Positions 60,528 through 64,000 of a stretch of DNA of 64,000 nt are shown here, one piece after another; within the stretch, counting starts at the first letter, position 1, and each line of letters starts with the position of its first letter. The DNA is taken from the NCBI GenBank assembly GCA_009392915.1, contig CP045477.1, forward strand, positions 704,001 through 768,000, written 5' to 3'. The notes below the pieces were generated by a model, which had not been told where the DNA came from, did not search any database, and worked only from the letters and a program-made list of their open reading frames with translations. The position numbers were made by a program, and so were the translations under genes. Source of the stretch: Candidatus Forterrea multitransposorum CG_2015-17_Forterrea_25_41 (lineage in GTDB: Archaea; Iainarchaeota; Iainarchaeia; Iainarchaeales; CSSED10-239).

Positions 60528-63128
60528 TTAATTTTTCATATCACAAGAACCTTTAAATCCACAACCTGCAGAACACTCAGTACAACCACCAAGTTTAATC
60601 ATAGTTCCTTTTTTACAAGAAGGACAAGTTTCTCCAGCTTCAGAACCATAAACTACATCTTCTTTTTCTTCTTCAACAACAGGTTCTTGAACTTTTACTT
60701 TTTTAGTTTTTTCATCAAGTTGCTTTTTAATAGAATCTGCATTTTTTTGTTCTAAATTTTTGTCAGTTGATAAAGCTTGTTCATCTCTAGATGAATCTCT
60801 ATAAATTGTAACACCCTTACATCCAAGTTCATAAGCTTTAATATAAAGTTCTTCAGTTTGCTCAACTGTAAAATTAGCAGGAACATTAGCAGTCTTACTT
60901 ATAGAAGAATCAGTCCATTTTTGTATTGCTGCTTGAACAGTAATGTGATTATCAGGAGATAATTCCATTGCTGAAACAAAGAACTCAGGAAGTTTACCAT
61001 CTTTAATATAATCTTGTGCTAAAAGAACATTTACTTCGTGGAAACCAAGTCTTGATTGTCTATAAAACTTAAAAGCAAAATAAGGTTCTATTCCTGTAGA
61101 AGTTCCAATCATTGTTCCAGTAGAACCTGTTGGTGCTTGGGTTATTAAAGTTACATTTCTAATTCCTTTTTCTTTTATTTTTTCTTGAATTTCTAAAGGA
61201 AGTTCTTTAATAAAATTACTATTTAAGTATTTTTCTTTATCAAACTTTGGAAAAAATCCTTTTTCTTCAGCTAAAAGAGCAGAAGTAGAATACATTTCAC
61301 AAGTTATTGTTTTGTATAATTTATCAATAAAGTTTATACTTTCTTTAGAACCATATTTAATTCTTAATCTAATTAATAATTCTGCAAGACCTAAAGTTCC
61401 ACCACCAATTCTTCTTTCTGATTTTTGTACTTTTTCGTTTTCTGAAAAGAAATATGGTGTTAAATCAATTATATTATCTAAAAATCTAGTTAATACTCTT
61501 GCAGATTTTTTTAATTTATCCCAATTAAATTCATAAAGAGGACCAGTTTGGTCTTCTCCAACTTTTTCAGCAAAGGAAGCTAAATAAAGATGTCCAAGAT
61601 TACAAACACCCCATGGAGGAAGACCTTGTTCACCACATGGGTTTGTTGCAACTATTTTATTAAAATAATAACTGTTACTTAATTTATTATATCTTTCCAT
61701 GAAAACAACACCAGGTTCTGCTGATTTCCATGCAGATTTAATTATTTTTTTCCAAAGTTCTCTAGCTTTTACTTTTTCATAAATTTTTGTAGGATATCCT
61801 TTTTCTTTCCAACCTTTTAAATCTCCATCCCATTCTTGATCATAAACTTCAGAATAAGTTGCATTTTCATAATCAGGAAATTCTAAATACCAGTCATCAT
61901 CATTTTTTACAGCTTCCATTAATGAATCTGAAACTTTTACAGAAATGTTTGCATGTTCTAAAACACCAGATTTTGTTTTTGAATCAATAAAAGAATAAAT
62001 GTCAGGATGCCAATCATCAAGCATAAGCATTAGAGCTCCTCTTCTTGATCCACCTTGTTCAATTAAACCAGTTATAAAAGAAAATAAACCACCCCAAGAA
62101 ACAGCTCCTGAAGATCTACCATGTACACCTCTTACATATGCATAAGCTGGTCTTAAACTTGAAAGTGAAGTTCCAACTCCACCTCCTCTTGAAAAAATTT
62201 CAGTCATTTGATGAGCTGCATCTTTTATAATTGAACTTCTAGAATCTTTAGCAGAAGGTATAACATAACAATTATATAATGTTAAATTTGAAGTATAACC
62301 TAAATCATCAACTGATGCACCAGAAAGAATTCTTCCTCCTGGAGAAATATGATTATTTTTTAATTGTTCATAAAATTCTTCAAACCATTTATTTTTAAGA
62401 TATTCATCTTTTTCAACTCTTGCAACTGCTTTTGAAACTCTTTTATATGTATCAAAAACAGATTCTGATGGTTTTTCTGATTTGCTTTGATCTTGAATAA
62501 ATTCATAATTATAATATTGGTCTGCATAAACTCCAGTAATCATATGTAGATGTAATTTATTATTAACAATATCTTTTACAATACCAATATCTTTTTTAGG
62601 ATATTTAGGATCTTCTTTTGTAATTGTAATTACAAGATCACCTACTTCTATTTGATCTCTTTTAGATTTTAAAGAATACCTATCTAAAAAAATAATTAAA
62701 CCTAAATCTTTAAAAGCATCTGAATTATTTAAAACATTTATTGCTTGTTTTGAAAGAGAAACTTTAGCTTCTTTTAATTTTTTAACAATTTCTTTATCTT
62801 CAATTATTTCTTTATTTTCTCTTAATTTTCTTTTTTCTTCTCTATAAAGAATAAATGATTTAGCAGCTTCAGTTTGTTCAGTTGCAATTAAAACATACTC
62901 TATAGTATCTGAAACATCTTCAACAGAAGGAACTTTATTTACAAATTTTGATTCTAAAACTAAAATTACTTTTTCAACTAATGTCTCTAATAGAGATTCA
63001 TTTACTTGATCAACAGATTTCATTGCTTTTAAAATAGCTGATTTAATTTTTAGTTTATTAAAATCTACAACTTCACCTGTTCTTTTTTTAATTTGTGTAA
63101 TTTTTTTAATTTTTAAAACCATGTTCAT
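60528..63128 (-). CDS. nrdJ: Ribonucleotide reductase, class II (adenosylcobalamin-dependent), with N-terminal ATP cone and C-terminal Zn finger
   Basis: N-terminal ATP-cone-like KRTGEVVDFNKLKI. Catalytic core NPCGEQGLPPWGVCNLG. C-terminal CPSCKK...CTECSAGCG. Confidence 0.85.
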   Translation of the reverse strand: MNMVLKIKKITQIKKRTGEVVDFNKLKIKSAILKAMKSVDQVNESLLETLVEKVILVLESKFVNKVPSVEDVSDTIEYVLIATEQTEAAKSFILYREEKRKLRENKEIIEDKEIVKKLKEAKVSLSKQAINVLNNSDAFKDLGLIIFLDRYSLKSKRDQIEVGDLVITITKEDPKYPKKDIGIVKDIVNNKLHLHMITGVYADQYYNYEFIQDQSKSEKPSESVFDTYKRVSKAVARVEKDEYLKNKWFEEFYEQLKNNHISPGGRILSGASVDDLGYTSNLTLYNCYVIPSAKDSRSSIIKDAAHQMTEIFSRGGGVGTSLSSLRPAYAYVRGVHGRSSGAVSWGGLFSFITGLIEQGGSRRGALMLMLDDWHPDIYSFIDSKTKSGVLEHANISVKVSDSLMEAVKNDDDWYLEFPDYENATYSEVYDQEWDGDLKGWKEKGYPTKIYEKVKARELWKKIIKSAWKSAEPGVVFMERYNKLSNSYYFNKIVATNPCGEQGLPPWGVCNLGHLYLASFAEKVGEDQTGPLYEFNWDKLKKSARVLTRFLDNIIDLTPYFFSENEKVQKSERRIGGGTLGLAELLIRLRIKYGSKESINFIDKLYKTITCEMYSTSALLAEEKGFFPKFDKEKYLNSNFIKELPLEIQEKIKEKGIRNVTLITQAPTGSTGTMIGTSTGIEPYFAFKFYRQSRLGFHEVNVLLAQDYIKDGKLPEFFVSAMELSPDNHITVQAAIQKWTDSSISKTANVPANFTVEQTEELYIKAYELGCKGVTIYRDSSRDEQALSTDKNLEQKNADSIKKQLDEKTKKVKVQEPVVEEEKEDVVYGSEAGETCPSCKKGTMIKLGGCTECSAGCGFKGSCDMKN

Positions 63129-63151
63129 AAAAAATCCCTCTTTTGCTTTTT

Positions 63152-63670
63152 TTAAAATTCAATTCCTTTTCTTGCATAAGTTGTTTTAAAATAATGTTTA
63201 ATTTCTTTCATTTCAGTTACAAGATCTGCAATTTTAATTAATTCTTTGTTTGGTTTTCTTCCAGTTATTATAAGTTCAATATTTTTTTGTTTACAAATAT
63301 TAATTATTTCTTTAACTTTTTCTATTGTTATTAAATTATAATAAAGAATAATATTAAGTTCATCTAAAATTAAAATATCAATTTTTTCTTTATTTAAAAT
63401 TTTATCAACATATAATATTGCTTTTTTTGTTGTTTCTATATGTTCTTTTAATATTTTATTATTTATTATAAATTCCTTAAATCCAAATCTTTTGAAAGTA
63501 ATGTTCTTTATTAAAGGTAAAGTGTTTTGTTCACCAGTTTTTTGATTTTTTAAAAACTGAACAAAGTATACTTTAGCACCTCTTCCTGCAGCCCTAATAG
63601 ATAATCCTATTGCCGCAGTGGTTTTTCCTTTACCATTACCTGTATAAATTTGAAATTTACCATAACTCAT
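63152..63670 (-). CDS. cobA: Cob(I)alamin adenosyltransferase (CobA/CobO/BtuR family)
   Basis: P-loop YTGNGKGKTTAAIGLSIRAAGRG. Length 172 aa. Confidence 0.8.
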   Translation of the reverse strand: MSYGKFQIYTGNGKGKTTAAIGLSIRAAGRGAKVYFVQFLKNQKTGEQNTLPLIKNITFKRFGFKEFIINNKILKEHIETTKKAILYVDKILNKEKIDILILDELNIILYYNLITIEKVKEIINICKQKNIELIITGRKPNKELIKIADLVTEMKEIKHYFKTTYARKGIEF

Positions 63671-63911
63671 TTTTATAAACCCCTTATTTTTTTATAAAAA
63701 TGTTTTGTGTTTGAAATATAATAGTGTATTTTGTTTTTATAGTGTTTGGTTAAAATTACAAAATATATGAAAGGTTTTTTTTAGATAAAACAAGTTTATG
63801 TTTAATTAAGTTAATTATTATGTAGTCTATATTAAAAACATATAAATATTATTCTGTATAATAATATAAAATATAGTGTTATATAGAAAAATAAAAAAAA
63901 TGATTATTAAA

Positions 63912-64000
63912 TGGATATTTTAGAAAATAATCTTAAATTAATTAATAAATTTAAAAATGAATTAAGTATTGAAGGATATAGTGATAAAACAATTGATATG
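63912..64000 (+). CDS. Partial CDS (N-terminus only): possible Xer-like tyrosine recombinase SAM-like domain
   Basis: MDILENNLKLINKFKNELSIEGYSDKTIDM... resembles the core-binding N-terminus of integrases (L..eglS..Ti..Y). Truncated by the window end. Confidence 0.25.

Overview
This is an AT-rich, gene-dense archaeal window, probably a small-genome DPANN-type archaeon. The assignment rests on an RPA with OB folds and a Zn ribbon, an RFC small subunit, RtcB, a Cdc48 double-AAA ATPase, an Lrp/AsnC regulator, a class II RNR with an ATP cone, a type IA topoisomerase, and many proteins with archaeal class III (prepilin) signal peptides. I saw no rRNA, tRNA or CRISPR. The housekeeping genes include grpE-dnaK-dnaJ, prs, rtcB, a MiaB-like methylthiotransferase, cdc48, and a cobA-nrdJ-dut run.

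The most interesting content is a Tad/Flp-like type IV pilus locus (about 39.1-48.9 kb, all on the minus strand). It has a secretion ATPase, split TadB/TadC-like platform proteins, six pilins (one 57 aa, missing from the ORF track), a prepilin peptidase with a long C-terminal extension, and an internal hairpin after the first pilin. Elsewhere there is a 1734-aa giant protein whose first ~180 aa are homologous to one of these pilins. It continues with chitobiase-C-type and Ig-like repeats, including about 2.3 near-identical 750-bp tandem units. Further pilin-signal or pilin-domain proteins are dispersed through the window. They include a pilin-domain paralogue and a Cys-rich protein beside an M6 metalloprotease, a DsbA-like oxidoreductase and a CPGC membrane ORF.

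Other accessory content: a hicB-hicA pair plus an orphan hicB sharing a duplicated promoter/RBS block; an IS-type DDE transposase flanked by 26-bp direct repeats; a second, orphan secretion ATPase with a Cys-rich N-terminus; two paralogous proteins of unknown family; and several GC-rich palindromic or direct-repeat intergenic elements. All calls are from reading the sequence and ORF translations. No database search was run.
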